Assembly: GCF_004010195.1 (NCBI RefSeq)
Contig: NC_057719.1
Location: forward strand, 27,943,072-28,007,071
Direction of reading: 5' to 3'
Origin: Chiloscyllium plagiosum
Taxonomy: Eukaryota
Length of the DNA stretch: 64,000 nucleotides
Positions 12,622 through 25,612 of this stretch are shown here, in pieces (the first letter of the stretch is position 1; each line of letters begins with the position of its first letter). Position numbers and translations under genes: made by a program. Under the pieces are notes generated by a model, which worked only from the letters and a program-made list of their open reading frames with translations, searched no databases and was not told the origin of the DNA.

Positions 12622-12938
12622 GGGCGGCACGGTGGCACAGTGGTTAGCACTGCTGCCTCACAGCGCCAGAGACCCGGGTTCAATTCCCGCCTCAGGCGAC
12701 TGACTGTGTGGAGTTTGCACATTCTCCCCGTGTCTGCGTGGGTTTCCTCCGGGTGCTCCGGTTTCCTCTCACAGTCCAAAGATGTGCAGGTCTGGTGAAT
12801 TAGCCATGCTAATATTGCCCGTAGAGTTAGGTTAGGGGTATGGGTGGATTGCGCTTCGCTGAGTCGGTGTGGACTTGTTGGGCCAAAGGGCCTGTTTCCA
12901 CACTGTAAGTAATCTAATCTAATCTGTAAGTAATCTAA
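12622..12938 (+). mobile_element. HE1-type SINE, full length
   Basis: A box tggcacagtgg, B box ggttcaattcc, V-domain, (aatct)n tail. Confidence 0.92.
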
Positions 12939-13098
12939 ACTGTCATTGAACTGCTAGGACCATCACAGAGGGCAGTTAAATGTCAACCATATCATCCACC
13001 ATACAGCAGTATGTTAGAGGACAAAAACCAAAATATTACTGTCCCTTAAAGTGACCCACTTAGTACTTTGTACTGGAGTAACAAATCCCAGATCCTAG

Positions 13099-13440
13099 TG
13101 GGGAAACACAGTGGCTCAGTGATTTGCCTTGCTGCCTCACAGCACCAGGTACCTGGGGTTGATTCCAGCCCTGGGTGAATGTCTGTGTGGAGTTTACACA
13201 TTCTCCCTGTGTCTGTGTGGGTTTCCTCCAGGTGCTCTGGTTTCCTTCGACAGTCCAAAGATATGCAGATTAGATGAATTGGCCATGCTATTTTGTCCAT
13301 AGTGTTCAGGGAAGCATTAGTCAGGGGAAATGTAGAGTAGTAGGGGAATGGGTCTCGGTGGGATGCTCTTCGGAGGGTCGGTGTGCACTTATTGGGCCAA
13401 ATGGCATGTTTCCACACTGCAGGAATTCTATGATTCTCTG
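13099..13440 (+). mobile_element. HE1-type SINE, diverged
   Basis: Same head, V-domain and tail layout. Confidence 0.85.
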
Positions 13441-14242
13441 ATCCCCTTTGAGAGAGAAAAAAGACATATTATCACTACAAGTTTTTACAGTTACAAGTTC
13501 CCATTTCAACAACTTTCACCTCAGTCGACCTCCCTCTCAGGGTACAGACCTATAACATATCATTGGCAGCTGTGCCAGCAGACCAATGCTTTTGCGATTA
13601 GATCAGTGGGTAAACACATACACGACAAACAAGAAAATTGGCAAGAGTTAATGACAGCTAGCTCCACCCCAATTCCCAAAAATCACTTGAGCAGACGTGA
13701 ACACAGGCAGTTATGAATATAATTTTCCTCCCAGCACACTGACGCAAGACGACAGACTGCAAATATCTTGTTTGGACTTGTCATAGTATACAGTGGAGGA
13801 CCATCCAGCATTTTATCATTTTGATTAGAGGACAGCTCTGCTTTTGGCTGTAGGGCTTTTAGAAATTACTTTCAGGAGACACAAATGCTCGACACATGAG
13901 ATTTATTTTCCAGAAGAACCTGGAGCCATCCCCAGAAAATGTCAAAAGATGATTGCAATTCTCCCTTATGAGCCAAAAATAATGAATAATACTTTCATTT
14001 TGAAAGTAAAAGCAACTCTATGTACTTTGATGAAGATTCAGTAAACCTGATTCCTAAATGCTTGATAATCTGTAATTTGAAACCTTTACAGCAAACATTC
14101 ACAATACTTTTAAGCAGCAGTGCACAAGGCAAAATTAGCTCAACATCAGAATCTCTTTCTGTTCTTGATCCTTCAGCAGCCAGGATGTGGATACTGGATT
14201 ATATGAATTAATAGCATACTGATCTGACTAGTTGAAATAAGT

Positions 14243-16027
14243 ATCTTTTGTTTCTAAGTAGCTTCAGGAAGGAAACATATGAGTCAATGTCATCAAACTA
14301 AAACATAGAACTGGGTTCTGATGAATAGTCACACCCAATGACTAAAAGGAGAATCACTTGAAATGGGAGATTAACAGAAAAAGGGATTGGAAGGTGAGAA
14401 TGGAAGTTTAAGGATGTGGTTGTCAGGGGATTGGAACAATCCTAAGGATTGGAGGTAATAAACTGGGATGCAGAGGGGAGAGTAACAGCGATAAAAACAA
14501 CAGGACAAGGAAAGGTGGGGATCAAGATTAGGTAAAAACATGTCTAGTGGAGGGAGAATAATGACAGCTAATTGCTGAGTATGGCATCTCAATGAGAATG
14601 AAATGAGAGGAATAGTAGAAATAGTAAGGGAGACAATGAAAGAGCTGCTAGATGTAGGTGAAGACTGAAGAAGAGTATAGAGGATTCCAGAAGAGAAGGA
14701 GAGGATTGTCAGCAGTTATGAGATAGGGCAGTGTACATGAAAAGGAAAGGATAGAGGATGAAGCAGCTGGGGAAACAGTTATCCATCACTATTGTCAGCA
14801 ACTGCATTTCCCAAAAGAAAGAAAGAGAATGTGCAGTGCAAGAGGCAAACAACCCAGACCTGATTTTGTACATTATCCTGTACAACACAAGCACACTCAA
14901 CTTAGAGACTCAAAACAGAGACTGAAAAAGAACTCAGCTTGTTAGCATTCAGCGAAGGCCTTTGAACTGAAGGGAAGCAATTGCTGCAGAATAAAGGTGA
15001 ATAAGATCGAAAGCTGCCAATAGTATCCTCCTAACCATATCCTGTCATTATTAACTTTTGATAAGAGGACAAAGATTCATCAGCAGTACTGATAGTACTT
15101 TTGGCTGGGGTGATGGTGGCTGACTTTCACATTTGACCATTCACAGGTTCTTGAATATGGAAGTTAAAGACCTGGGAATAATATTCATTGTGTGGGTTGT
15201 AAATTTCACAGTTGTAGGGCTGCATTACAGGATATAATGCAGGGAAACAAGAATCACATTGTGCTAGTTGCCACAGGAAGGAAAACAAGATAACAATAAA
15301 GGACACAAATGTCTTGCACATGCAGCATCAGGAAGAGGAACACTGGTCATGGGTCATGGATGGTGCACTACACAATGGAGAGGTGTTGGAAGGGCAAGCT
15401 ATCACTCAACATATGAGCAGTCTGATTAGGGCCCAAAGGTTACATTGACAACATCAACATCTCAAATGAAAAGCATCAATCACCTTTTTGCTATTTTTTC
15501 TTAGCTCAGGATTTCCATGCCTCATGTTTGATCTACTTAACTCCACAGTTGTCTTCATTTTGCTAGGTCTAAAAGGAAGAAGGAGGAGAAAAAGGGAAGG
15601 TCAATAGCAATAGGATCAGAGATAAGAGGCTCCTGGACCTGCAGCTATGAATGTGCAGGAAGAGGAGGTCTTCAACACTGCTGAGCTGTCTATTGAGGAA
15701 GGGATTCTAGTTGTTTACAGATGAGTGAAAGTCAGTGCTAAAGATATCTTTGCCTGGCGAGAGAAGTTGGCACTTCTACCTGCTCCTTCTGCAAGTTGCT
15801 CTGTGCCTTGGGAAGCGGTGCTGTGTTGGTGCTGCTGAAGATCACAGCAGAACTCAACTGTCTCCTTTCAAACCTCAGCTGAGGATGTGTATTTAAGGTG
15901 ATCCCATTTAAGGTGATTCTCCTTTTAGTCATTGGGTGTGACTATTCATCAGAACTCAGTTCTACGTTTTAGCTTGTTGACATTGACTCATATGTTTCCT
16001 CCCTGAAGCTACTTAGAAATAAAAGAT
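14243..16027. repeat. ~126-bp inverted repeat pair (14243-14368 / 15902-16027)
   Basis: tttctaagtagcttcagg...ctgatgaatagtcacacccaatgactaaaaggagaatcac and its reverse complement; about 90% or more identical by eye. Confidence 0.92.
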
Positions 16028-16800
16028 GACCTACAAATGCAATTGGGAGTTCAGTAAATGCCTTTTATAGGGAGTCATATAGCTTTTCCAGGTCACCACT
16101 GGCTTGACAGCTAAGGCAGATGACCTGTTGGGATTACAGCCATCAGTGGGTTCATCAAGTACAAGGGATTATCAACAGTACAGATGTGGCATTCAGTGCA
16201 TGATACAGCCAAATTCCTGAATAGGAAGGGATTTCACCCCCTCAATGTTTCTCACTTGTATCCCCTGATGGGACTTCTTGCAGGTATACACCCGCTGTTC
16301 AAAAGCTATTATAATGCTTACATTCTAAACAGCTCCAACATTCCTAGAATGTTTGCCTCTCTACATTATCTTCAGAACTGACTCATGAGTGACAAAATGT
16401 AGATCCAGAAAGCATAGCTAATGAGTCCAATATGCGACCCTCAGATTGATGTTGCCCAAGCATCCATCAGAGCCATGTTCAAATAGATAATTGATCTTCT
16501 GACCATGTGTTTCCATTGTTTCAGGAGGAGCAGTCCAGGACTCACTGGATGGGATCTCCAGGAGGATGCTTGTTTGCTGAGCAGCCCTGCACAACCTTGC
16601 TGGAGTGAGAACGTGGAAGACCAGCTTCCTAATTCCCCCGTGAAAGGAGAAGGGGAGTCTGATGGAGTTGCTGAGGGAACCTTTGCTGTTCATGAGGATT
16701 CTGAGGAGTCCAGGGCAGTAGTGAGATGAGGCTGACAGGCCTGAGAAAACCCAGTAGTGGCTAGATTGGAGACTGAATGGCTTTGCTTGAATATTTGTGG
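15650..16800 (+). mobile_element. Decayed PIF/Harbinger DDE transposase
   Basis: LQMSESQC.RYLCLARE, LLKITAELN, AISGF..VQGII, FLNRKGFHPLNV, AYILNSSNIPRMF, then an acidic tail; matches the Harbinger/HARBI1-type layout. Confidence 0.75.
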
Positions 16801-19149
16801 ACAATCAGAAATCATAGCCAATTGTAGGGTAGATACATTTTTGCCCTTAAAGGAGTTTTGTTTCTGAAATGTTAAAGATTAAGATACTTTGATTGTAATT
16901 GAATTTGTTCCCTTTGCACCGATAATCTCCTGTTCAGTTTGTTGGTGATCAATATGTAGTTCTGCAGGATAACATGGAGTCTGTGTAAGACTGACTCTGC
17001 TGTTCTTTGGAAGGGCCATCCTTCTATCACGGAATTAAAGGTACTGATTGAGCACTGAAACAGAACCATCCAGTTTAACTTTCCATTTTCCAGAGGTTAC
17101 ACTCCTCCCAATGGACAATAGTGAATAAGAGCCCCAGCATTCTTTGCACTGCTGCAGATGATGTGCTTGAGTGCGTCTCAGATAATCTTCCTCAGGAAAA
17201 CAAGAACAGTCAGACGTCTAAATAGATTGAAGTGGACCAAATAAATTCAATACAAAATGCTGTAATGGTTTCAATTGTAGCTCTGTATAAAAGATGGCAT
17301 CTATACACCCAAAGCAACTTTATTGTTTAATCTTTCTTTTCCTATCACTACTTCTTGGTAACCATATTTGAGCTTGAGGAAGTTTGCTGACTGCATTGTT
17401 GCTTTGTCTCTGATGACGTTCATGGCAGTCCTCTGTTGGGCTGGGTTTAGAGAGCTTTGGATTGTTGGGGATGTTTTGCACAGGCATAGGTGCAGTCTCC
17501 TTAGCGTGACCTTCTAGAGGTGTTTGATTTCCTGTCAGGGGACTGGTTGTGTGTCAGTGTGTGACAGTATAATTTTGCAATGTCCTGAGATGACTATCAT
17601 TGGATTCCTACAATTACTTCTTCCTGTCGTTGTGCATTGGCATCTCCCTCACCCCTTGAGGGCTAGGGTACTTGGAGGGAGATCAAGATCCCTCAGCCCC
17701 AACTCACTGAAACTGTGCATGAAACCATTTGCGGCTTAAGTGAGGGAGTGAAGGTGCCCATGCACGTTTGGCAGGTAGTGATTGTTCTGCTGCATTTGTC
17801 TAGCCACCACATCATGGAAGCAGCAATGCACTCATATGATATCAGTCTGAACTTAGATGTTCCTCTGTAATGCCTCTGCCCTTTGCCCAGGCTGCACATG
17901 ATTGGGCACCTCTGTCAAATATTTACCTTCTTGTCCCTGGAGCTCCATCATTTCATTAATGGTTGAGTTTAAGGGTTCTTTTTGTGCTAGCCTTTGTACT
18001 GCCCTGTTTTCCAGCACTTCTCCCAGTGTCAGGGACCCTGGGCATCCCTTCCTCCCCTAGCTGCGGGTTGGTGGCAGTGCTGTGCTCACAAGAATGCAAG
18101 CCCGAGTCCACTCTACCTCCATTACCCACTGAGGTGAATGTCTCTGCACTGGTGGGCAGTCGGGAGAAAATCTTAACTGTGCTTCCTCTGAAGGTCCAAA
18201 TGTTTCTTCCTCAGAAGTATGCTGTGGAGCTGTTAGAGATGGGCCTGGGCTGCAGCTCCTCTTGTTGTCTTTTTCCTGCCTTGACAGTGGGGTCCAGAAA
18301 CTGCAGAGAAAAACAGAAAGATTTGTTAGAATCACGGGTCATGACCATTATCAAAGATTTCACTAAGTATTTGGCTCTTGATGAGCAGCTGGGAGTAGCA
18401 GTTTAGAATCTTTCTCACTAGATAGCTGCAGGTATCAAATCTTCAATTCAGCACAGAATGTTTCCCTTACTCTCTTGCCAGTTCAGTGGCCTACTCCTTA
18501 AAGAGGATGAGGCACTTTATGTCATGCATTTTCCCCTGTCAGTGCTCATTGGCACTTACTGTGTACATTCTTCTCTTGGACCAGCAGAGCAGTATTAAAA
18601 CAGATTAACATTGGTTAATGAGCACTGTGCCTGGATTGATAGATACAAATGTAGATTTGTGATCGCGGAGCTGTGATTATGTGTGTGTGTGTTACTTCTA
18701 AGCATAACATGGTGTGCAGAAAGCCAGGTGTTAATAGATGTTAAAGGGTTCTGATTGAAAGATGGTTCAGTGTCATTAAAGAGCTACTGCTGTTTGAAAT
18801 CAATAACATTTCATATAATGGGATATCCAGGGAGGGATTCATCCTGAAGACATATTTTGTGGTTGTGACCTTGTTCCAAGAAAAGTTGTCAGATGTTTAC
18901 ATTCTGCTGGTTTTGATGAAAGGTCAGCAGCTAATGATAATTGTTGCAGCTCTTTTTATGCTTTAAGTATAAACCTTAGCAGATATGTAGAGGCAGTAAG
19001 AACTGTATTGCAAGCAGAGTGAGGCATTGATAGTTGTAATGAAGTGAGAAATGTTGATTGTATATGAGGCATTTAATCTTTCGTATGACAGTCCTGTGCA
19101 GTGACAAACTTACAATGCCTAATCTAATTCATAGGAGCATGAAGGAGAC

Positions 19150-19375
19150 TGGTACACATCCTGGCAGATCGGTTATCCTCATTTTGTACTGGAACCAGAA
19201 TTTCTTGAGCTGCCCATGAGCACTGATCCATGTGACCATCTCTGTCGAGGTTGCCTTGGTCATTCTGGATGTCCTCGTATTTTCATCTCCTCGAAAGATC
19301 TCTTCTCTCCAAGATCATCTGCTGAAGGACATGTAGGGAGGTGTCTTCTAAGTGTGAGACTGCCTTTTGCCCGGA
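19150..19375 (-). mobile_element. Myb/SANT-like partner-gene remnant of the same Harbinger element
   Basis: DTSLHVLQQMILERRDL/fs/FRGDENTRTSRMTKATSTEMVTWISAHG...FWFQYKMRITDL, convergent with the transposase. Confidence 0.6.
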
Positions 19376-20051
19376 CTCCAAAACCTCGAGGGGAAGTGGG
19401 GTAATGTTTGAATGATACTCCTGGGTTGCAGAGAGTGGAATGCTGTCTATATTCTTTATAAATATAAGACCCAGATGTTAGAATCGGCAAGTTCTGGGAA
19501 GAATCTAATCTTGTGGAAACCCAACCTGCCACTGACAGGAAGCCCTCTTTACTCTGTCTTTACAAAAATAAGAAATTTCCTTCCCTAAACTCTGATATGT
19601 TTTTCTAGCCATAGTATTTATTTAGCTGGTCCAGTTCAGGTTCTTGTCATTAGTAATCTCAGGATGTTGTCAGTGGGGCATTCAAGAAAAGTAAGGCCAT
19701 TAAATTTCAAGGGTGAATGGTTCAACTCTGTCTCAGAGACAGTCATTGCTTGACACTTATTGTAGAATGAGTGTTAGTCATCACTTGTTAGCCTAAGGCT
19801 GATTGGTGTCCAGGTCTTGCTGCATATGAGCATAGGCTACTTCTTTGTCTGAGAATATCTTACACTTTATGCATGCTTCAGCTAGCTGTTTTTATAATTC
19901 TTACCTTTAATGTACGTCGATAAGAAAGCTTTGCATTCAAACCTACTTGTCTGATCTTTATCCTTGCCACAAACCAGAAAAGAACCAAGCTAAACACTGC
20001 TATCAGTTGCGAATATCAGAAATTTGCTGCTCTTGATTATGAAATCATCAT

Positions 20052-20139
20052 TCAGGTCCCACGGATGCATTGGTAGCCCGTGTTGTCCTTCAGCTCATTG
20101 TACGCAGCCTGCCAGCACTTGATGAAGAGGCCATCTAAA
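20052..20139 (-). pseudogene. Terminal coding exon of the minus-strand gene: (F)LDGLFIKCWQAAYNELKDNTGYQCIRGT*
   Basis: Branch-like tgctaat and cttcag acceptor, open frame to TGA, GC3-rich codons. Phase 2 matches the donor at 49881. ATTAAA lies downstream at 19911-19906. Confidence 0.7.
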
Positions 20140-20329
20140 CTGAAGATTTGGGGTATTAGCATTGAACCAAATTAAATACGTCATCAATTCAGGGAAATGA
20201 GGGGGATCTGCTGATATAAGGTCAACTAGCATTGCATATCTCGCTTTATAAAAGAAAGAATGTTACTCTGAGTAATTACATGGCACTGGCTAAACTTAGT
20301 GAAGAACAAATGGATGGCAATAACTGTAA

Positions 20330-20680
20330 AGGCATTGTGGTACAGTCACTGGATTGGTAATCGAGAGGCCTAAACTGATGCTCTGAGGGCACGGGCTCAA
20401 GCCCCACCAGAAGAGCTAATAGAATTTAAATTCAATTAATATTTCCTGAATATAAATCTAGTTTCAGTAATAGTACCATGAACATGCTGTCAATTGTCAT
20501 AAAAAGCAAACTGGCTCACTTATGTCCTTTAGGAAAGGAAATCTGCCATTCTAACCTTGTCTGGATGACATGTATCTTTAGATCAATGTGGTTGGCCTTT
20601 AATTGCCCTTTGTAATGGTTGGCAAGTCAATTAGTTCACGGGCAATTTACTGGCCTTCCCAGTGACACCCATAGCCAATG
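20330..20680 (+). mobile_element. Deu-domain SINE, diverged
   Basis: ctggctcacttatgtcctttaggaaaggaaatctgcc core; reverse complement of the 760-1420 family. Confidence 0.55.
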
Positions 20681-20689
20681 AAAAACAAA

Positions 20690-21440
20690 TATATTTGGGT
20701 ATGGCTAACTAAGCAAGAGAATATACAGTGAATGATAGGATATGAAAATGTGTAAAACATCAAACAGAATCTGGAATGGATATTGAGAGATTTCTGGAAG
20801 TAACAGGACATGTAGGTAAAGTTGTCAAGAAGACACACAAGATACTTGACTTTCTTGATTGAGGCCTGGAGTATAAGAGCAGGGAGGTTATACTTGAATC
20901 ATAAAAACACTAGTTAGATCACAGCCAGAGTGCTATGGACAGTTTTGTTCTCCATGTTACAAAAAGGATGTAATCATATTAGAAAGGAGGCAGAAGGGAT
21001 TCACAGGGATCAGAAGGCTGAAGAATTTGAGCAGCTTTGGAACTTTGGAGTGACTGCATTTGTTTTCTTTACAATAGAAGAAGTTGAGGAGATTTAATCA
21101 AAGATACAGAATGACTAAGGCCTAGATGGTACTCTTTCCTGTATCAAAGAGGTCAATAAATGGGGAACATAGATTTAAAGTAATTAGTGGAAAAATTAGA
21201 GGTGAGTTGAGAAGTTTATTTTTCATCTAGTAGATGGTGAAGTTTGGGTCTTGCTGCCTGAGGGGACTGTTCAGGCTAAAACTTTAAGCAACAGTCATAT
21301 CTGAGCTTGAGATGACATAACCCACAGGACTGTGGATCAAAGAGTTGGAGGCACGATTTGGTTGGATAGCTTTTTTTGGCTGGTGTGTTCACATGGGCTG
21401 AATGGCCTTTTCAGTAAAATTTTCCATGTTTCTATGTTGG
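20690..21440 (+). mobile_element. Old CR1 LINE 3' fragment
   Basis: Degenerate gagtataagagcagggaggtta...ctagttagatcacagccagagtgct CR1 ORF2 3' signature. Confidence 0.6.
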
Positions 21441-22544
21441 AGAAAAATCCTTAATGTTCAGTTTTCATACACAAAAAAACATTTGACTACACTGCTGTAT
21501 CTATTACAGAACAAAAGCTTGTTTGTGAACCAGCGATGCCAATTGATGGATTGTTGTTGCGCAGCCCACAACATGTCGTTTACAGGAAGAATATAGATAT
21601 TTTGTATCAGTGTAAGATCCAGATTAAAACAGTACAGATGACTGATTTCCTGAATGTTACTAACCCTCCATTAAACTTGGACCTTCAGTGAGCACTGTTT
21701 ACACACAACTCAAACATTTCAAAGGTGGAGGCTGAGTCTGTATTGTGCTGATGGGGCAAGGGCACAGATGGCTTAAGCAGCTTAACATTCATCCTGTTCA
21801 CGAAATCAATCTATTTCTGGGGTAAGTCACGTGATTTAGGAGCATCTGCAGATTAAAGGCTGGAGGATTTATGGAGTATCTAATATTTGTACAACCTTTC
21901 ATCTGAAAGCTTCAGCTAGTGTTACTAGTCCCAAGACCTCCCTAAGAAAACAACATGTACAAGATAGTCCTGCTACACAAGAAAGAACACTGGGGCTGAG
22001 TTGAATAACCCTGAATTGGGTTTGTCGGGGTGGTCACGCGCAATTATCCAACACCAATCAAAGTGATTACTGAAGGCTCGAGGGACCTGGTGGCCTATTC
22101 TGACTCTTGGGGATGCTGCCTGAATTGCTGTGCTTTTCCAGCACCACTAATCCAGGATCTTGTGTTTTTGTATCTAAGGTAATGCAGCAGCTCACTAGCA
22201 GGGGACAGGCACAATTATGTATAATGGCCCCCACTAGGAGACGGTTCTAGGAGTTGTTGGAGCAATCATGATGACTGAAGTCAGAACGATATGTATCTGT
22301 CTGTACACCTTCTCATATTCAAATACATCCTCACCCTGTACTTCGTGATGACGCGTAAGCTATAGATAGTACAACTAAGCTTCCCTTTGCAATTCACCTT
22401 CCCTCTCTCCAACCCTGTTCTTGTACATTTTATGCTGCCAGTTAGTTAGGGGAGCTGCTGCCTGGCCAATCAGTAAAGAAGGCCTAGTTGGAGGACAGCG
22501 TGAGCAGGAAGAACACTGTCAGCTGACCTGATACTTGCAGTGTG

Positions 22545-24070
22545 AACATAAGAACATGAGAACATAAGAACTAGGAGCAGGAGTAGGCCATCTGGCCCAT
22601 TGAGTCTGCTCTGCCATTCAATAAGATCATGGTTGATCTGTTCATGGACTCAGCTTCACTTACTCGAGTAGTAGACTCACCAACTTTAAGGGCATTTAAA
22701 TGGTCATTGGATAAACATATGGATGAAAATGGAATAGTGTAGAAGAGATAGGCTTCAGATTGGTTCCACAGGTCAGCACAACATTGAGGGTCAAAAGGCC
22801 TGTACTGCGCTGTAATGTTCTATGTTCTATATGCTTGCCCACTTAACATTGCCCTTAAGTTCTTCACTGTTCAAAAATCTGTCTATCTTTACCTTAAAAA
22901 CATTCAACAAGACAGCCTCAATAACTTTACTGGGCAGGGAATTCCACAGATTCACAACCATGGGTTCCTCCTCAGCTCAGTCCTAAATCTGCCTCCTAGT
23001 TGTAGTTTCACTATCACCTGATCTATTCGGGTCATAATTTTACATGCTTGTATAAGATTTCCCCCCCCCCCCAACCCACCATTCTTCTCAATTCCAGAGT
23101 GTATAGTCCCAGTCTGCTCAATCTCTTCTCATAAACCAACCTTTCAATTCTGAAATCAATCAATCTAATGAACCTCCTCTGCACCCCCTCCAGTTTCAGT
23201 GCATCTTTTCTCAAGTAAGGAAACCAAAACTGTACACAGTACTCCAGGTGTGGCCCCACCAGCACCCTTTACAGCTGCAGCATAACCATCCTGTTTTAAA
23301 CTGCATCCCTCTAGCAATGAAGGAAAATATGCCATTTGCCTTCTTAAATACCTGTTTCGACTGCAAACCAGCTTTTTGTGATTCATGCACAGGGACACCC
23401 AGATCCCTCTGCACTGCAGGATGCTGCAATTTTTCACCATTTAAATAATAGTTCATTTTGCTGTTATTCCTACCAAAATGGATGGCTTCACATTTACCAA
23501 CATTGTACTCCATCTGCCAGAGCCTTACCCATTCACTTAACTGTCTATATCCCTCTGAACACTTTCAGTATCTTCTGCGCACTTTCCTCTACCACTCACT
23601 TTAGTGTCATCTGTGAACTTTGACACACTATACTTGGTCCCAATTCTAAATCATCTATGCAAGTTGTAAACAATTGTGGTCCCAACACTGATCCCTGAGG
23701 CACACCAATAGCCACTGATCGCCAACCAAGAAAACACCCATTTATTCCCACTCTTTACATTCTGTTAGTTAACCAATCCTCTCTTCATGTTATTACGTTA
23801 CCCATAATACCATGCACCTTTATCTTATGCAGCAGCCTTTTGTGCGGCCCCCTTATCAAATGCCTTCTGGAAATCCAGATACACTACATCCAATGGTTCC
23901 CCATTGTTCACCGCGCTCATAGTACCCTCAAAGAATTTCAGTAAATTAGTTAAACATGACCTGCCTTTCATGAACCCATGCTGCATCCTGGCCAATGGGA
24001 CAATTTCTATCCACTTGTCTTGCTATTTCTTCCTTGATTTTAGATTCAAGCATTTTCCCCACTGCAGAAT
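22545..24070 (-). mobile_element. CR1 LINE RT/3' fragment with a plus-strand CR1 tail inserted at ~22670-22830
   Basis: LVGPHLEYCVQFW, GKCEAIHFGRNN, (aacataag) tail repeats. Confidence 0.9.
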
Positions 24071-24507
24071 TTAATGCATAACTTAAGAGCGTAGCACTGG
24101 GATGGGAGCAGCATCTGGTAATCACAGGAGTCACAGCACTGGCATTATGCAGTTAGGGAAGTGGTAGAACAAAAATGGAGTCTGTGAGCTCACTGTGTCT
24201 GTCACCACTGGTCAAGGAGCTTAGAGGAGTCCAATTCCAACTTTGTACAGAGATGGAGTTCGTCGTTTCCAGAGTGGACATGCCAATCAATTACACGACA
24301 GCACTTTCAAACCCGACCATGACATAGAAACTGACAATAGGTCTCAGTTTCCACTGCAAAACAAACCATTCAATGTCTCAGCATTGCAATGGAAGGTCAA
24401 ATAGAGGTCATGCCATCAAGGGTGCCGATGCCTGTACTGAAAGGGCCTTGCAGGATCTCTCTCACTCACAGTACCCCAGCAATCTGTCCTTCTGGAGACA
24501 GCTAGGT

Positions 24508-25612
24508 TTTTATTTTATTCATTCGTGAGACATTTAGTGCCAATCGCTAGTTGCCTTTGAGAAGATGATGGTGAGTTGCCTTCTTGGACCCCTTCAATGT
24601 ACGTGCTGTGGGTTGACCCACAATGTCCTTAGGGAAGGATTTCCAGGATTTTGACCCAGCAACACTGAAGGAACAGAGCTATATTTCTAAGTCAGGATGA
24701 TGAGTGACTTGGAGGGGAATTTGCTTGGAGGTTGTGGAGTTTAATATCGCTGTTGTCCTTGTGCTTCTAGACAGAAGTGGTCAAGGGTTGGAAAGTGCTG
24801 TTTAAGAATCCTTGGTGAATTTTTACAGTGCACCCTGTAGATAGTACATACCGTTTGTAGATGTGGTCTCAATCAAATGTACTGCTTTGTCCTAGATGGT
24901 CTCAAGTTTATTGAGTGTTGTTGGAGTTGTGACCATCCAGGCGAGTGGAGAGTATTCCATCACAGCCCTGACTTGTGTCTAGTCGATAGTGAACAGGATT
25001 TGTGGAGTCAGGAGGTGAATCAGTTTCTGCAGTATTCCTAAACTCTGAACTGCTGTTGTAGCCACTGTGTTTATGTGGCGAGTCCAATGTGTTCCAGTGA
25101 TGTTGACAGTGGAGGATTCAATGATGGGTAGCAGCACTGAATGTCAAGAGGTGGTAATTAAATGGTCTTTTATTGGTGATGGTCATAGCCTGGCATTTGT
25201 GTTGTGTGAATGTTACTTGTCACTTGTCAGCCCAAGCCTGGTTATTGTCCAAATCTTGTTGTGTTTGAACATGGACTGCTTCACTGTCTGAGAAGTCTCA
25301 AATGGTGCTGAATATGGTGCAATCATCGGTGAACATCCTTACTTCTGACCTTCTGGTGGAGGGAAGGTTGTTCATGAAGCAGCTGAAGATGGTTGGGCCT
25401 AGAACACTACCTTGAGTAACCCCTGCGGATGTGTCCTGGAGCTGAGGTGACTCACCTCCAATAACTACAGTCAGATGTGCCAGATATAACTCCAACCAGT
25501 GGAGAACTCGCCCCCTGATTCACATTGATTCCTGTCTTGGTAGAGCTCCTTGACGCAACACTCGATTTAATTTGGCTTGATGTCAAGGACTGTCACTTTC
25601 ACCTCACCTCAG
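24508..25612 (-). mobile_element. Old CR1/L2-group LINE RT and 3' end
   Basis: GVTQGSVLGPTIFSCFMNNL...MFTDDC; same family as 2330-2636. Confidence 0.8.

Larger units (their letters stand above)
344..13990 (+). pseudogene. Second decayed intron-containing gene of an unidentified protein (partial exon chain; 5' part outside the window)
   Basis: Exon 344-466 (tttttatag..gtaagc, 123 nt, phase 0-0, 1 stop). Exon 1574-1918 (ttttctttcag..gtaagt, 345 nt, phase 0-0, 4 stops). Exon 9792-10006 + 11540-11955 (split by a LINE, frame continuous across the ACT duplication, 4 stops in about 210 codons, phase 1-2). Probable terminal exon from 13491 (phase 2, 74 open codons, then scattered stops). A phase 0-1 linking exon was not confidently found. 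Confidence 0.55.

Noticed and set aside
12622..12695. tRNA gene (A and B boxes)
   Set aside because: It is the head of a multi-copy SINE that continues into the V-domain and LINE tail.
14243..16027. MITE/DNA transposon bounded by the 126-bp inverted repeats
   Set aside because: The Harbinger transposase crosses the right arm and no TSD is evident, so the arms do not delimit one element.
17963..18406. 147-aa plus-strand ORF with a hydrophobic N-terminus
   Set aside because: It lies inside the Harbinger remnant, antisense to the Myb-like gene, and has no splice or homology support.
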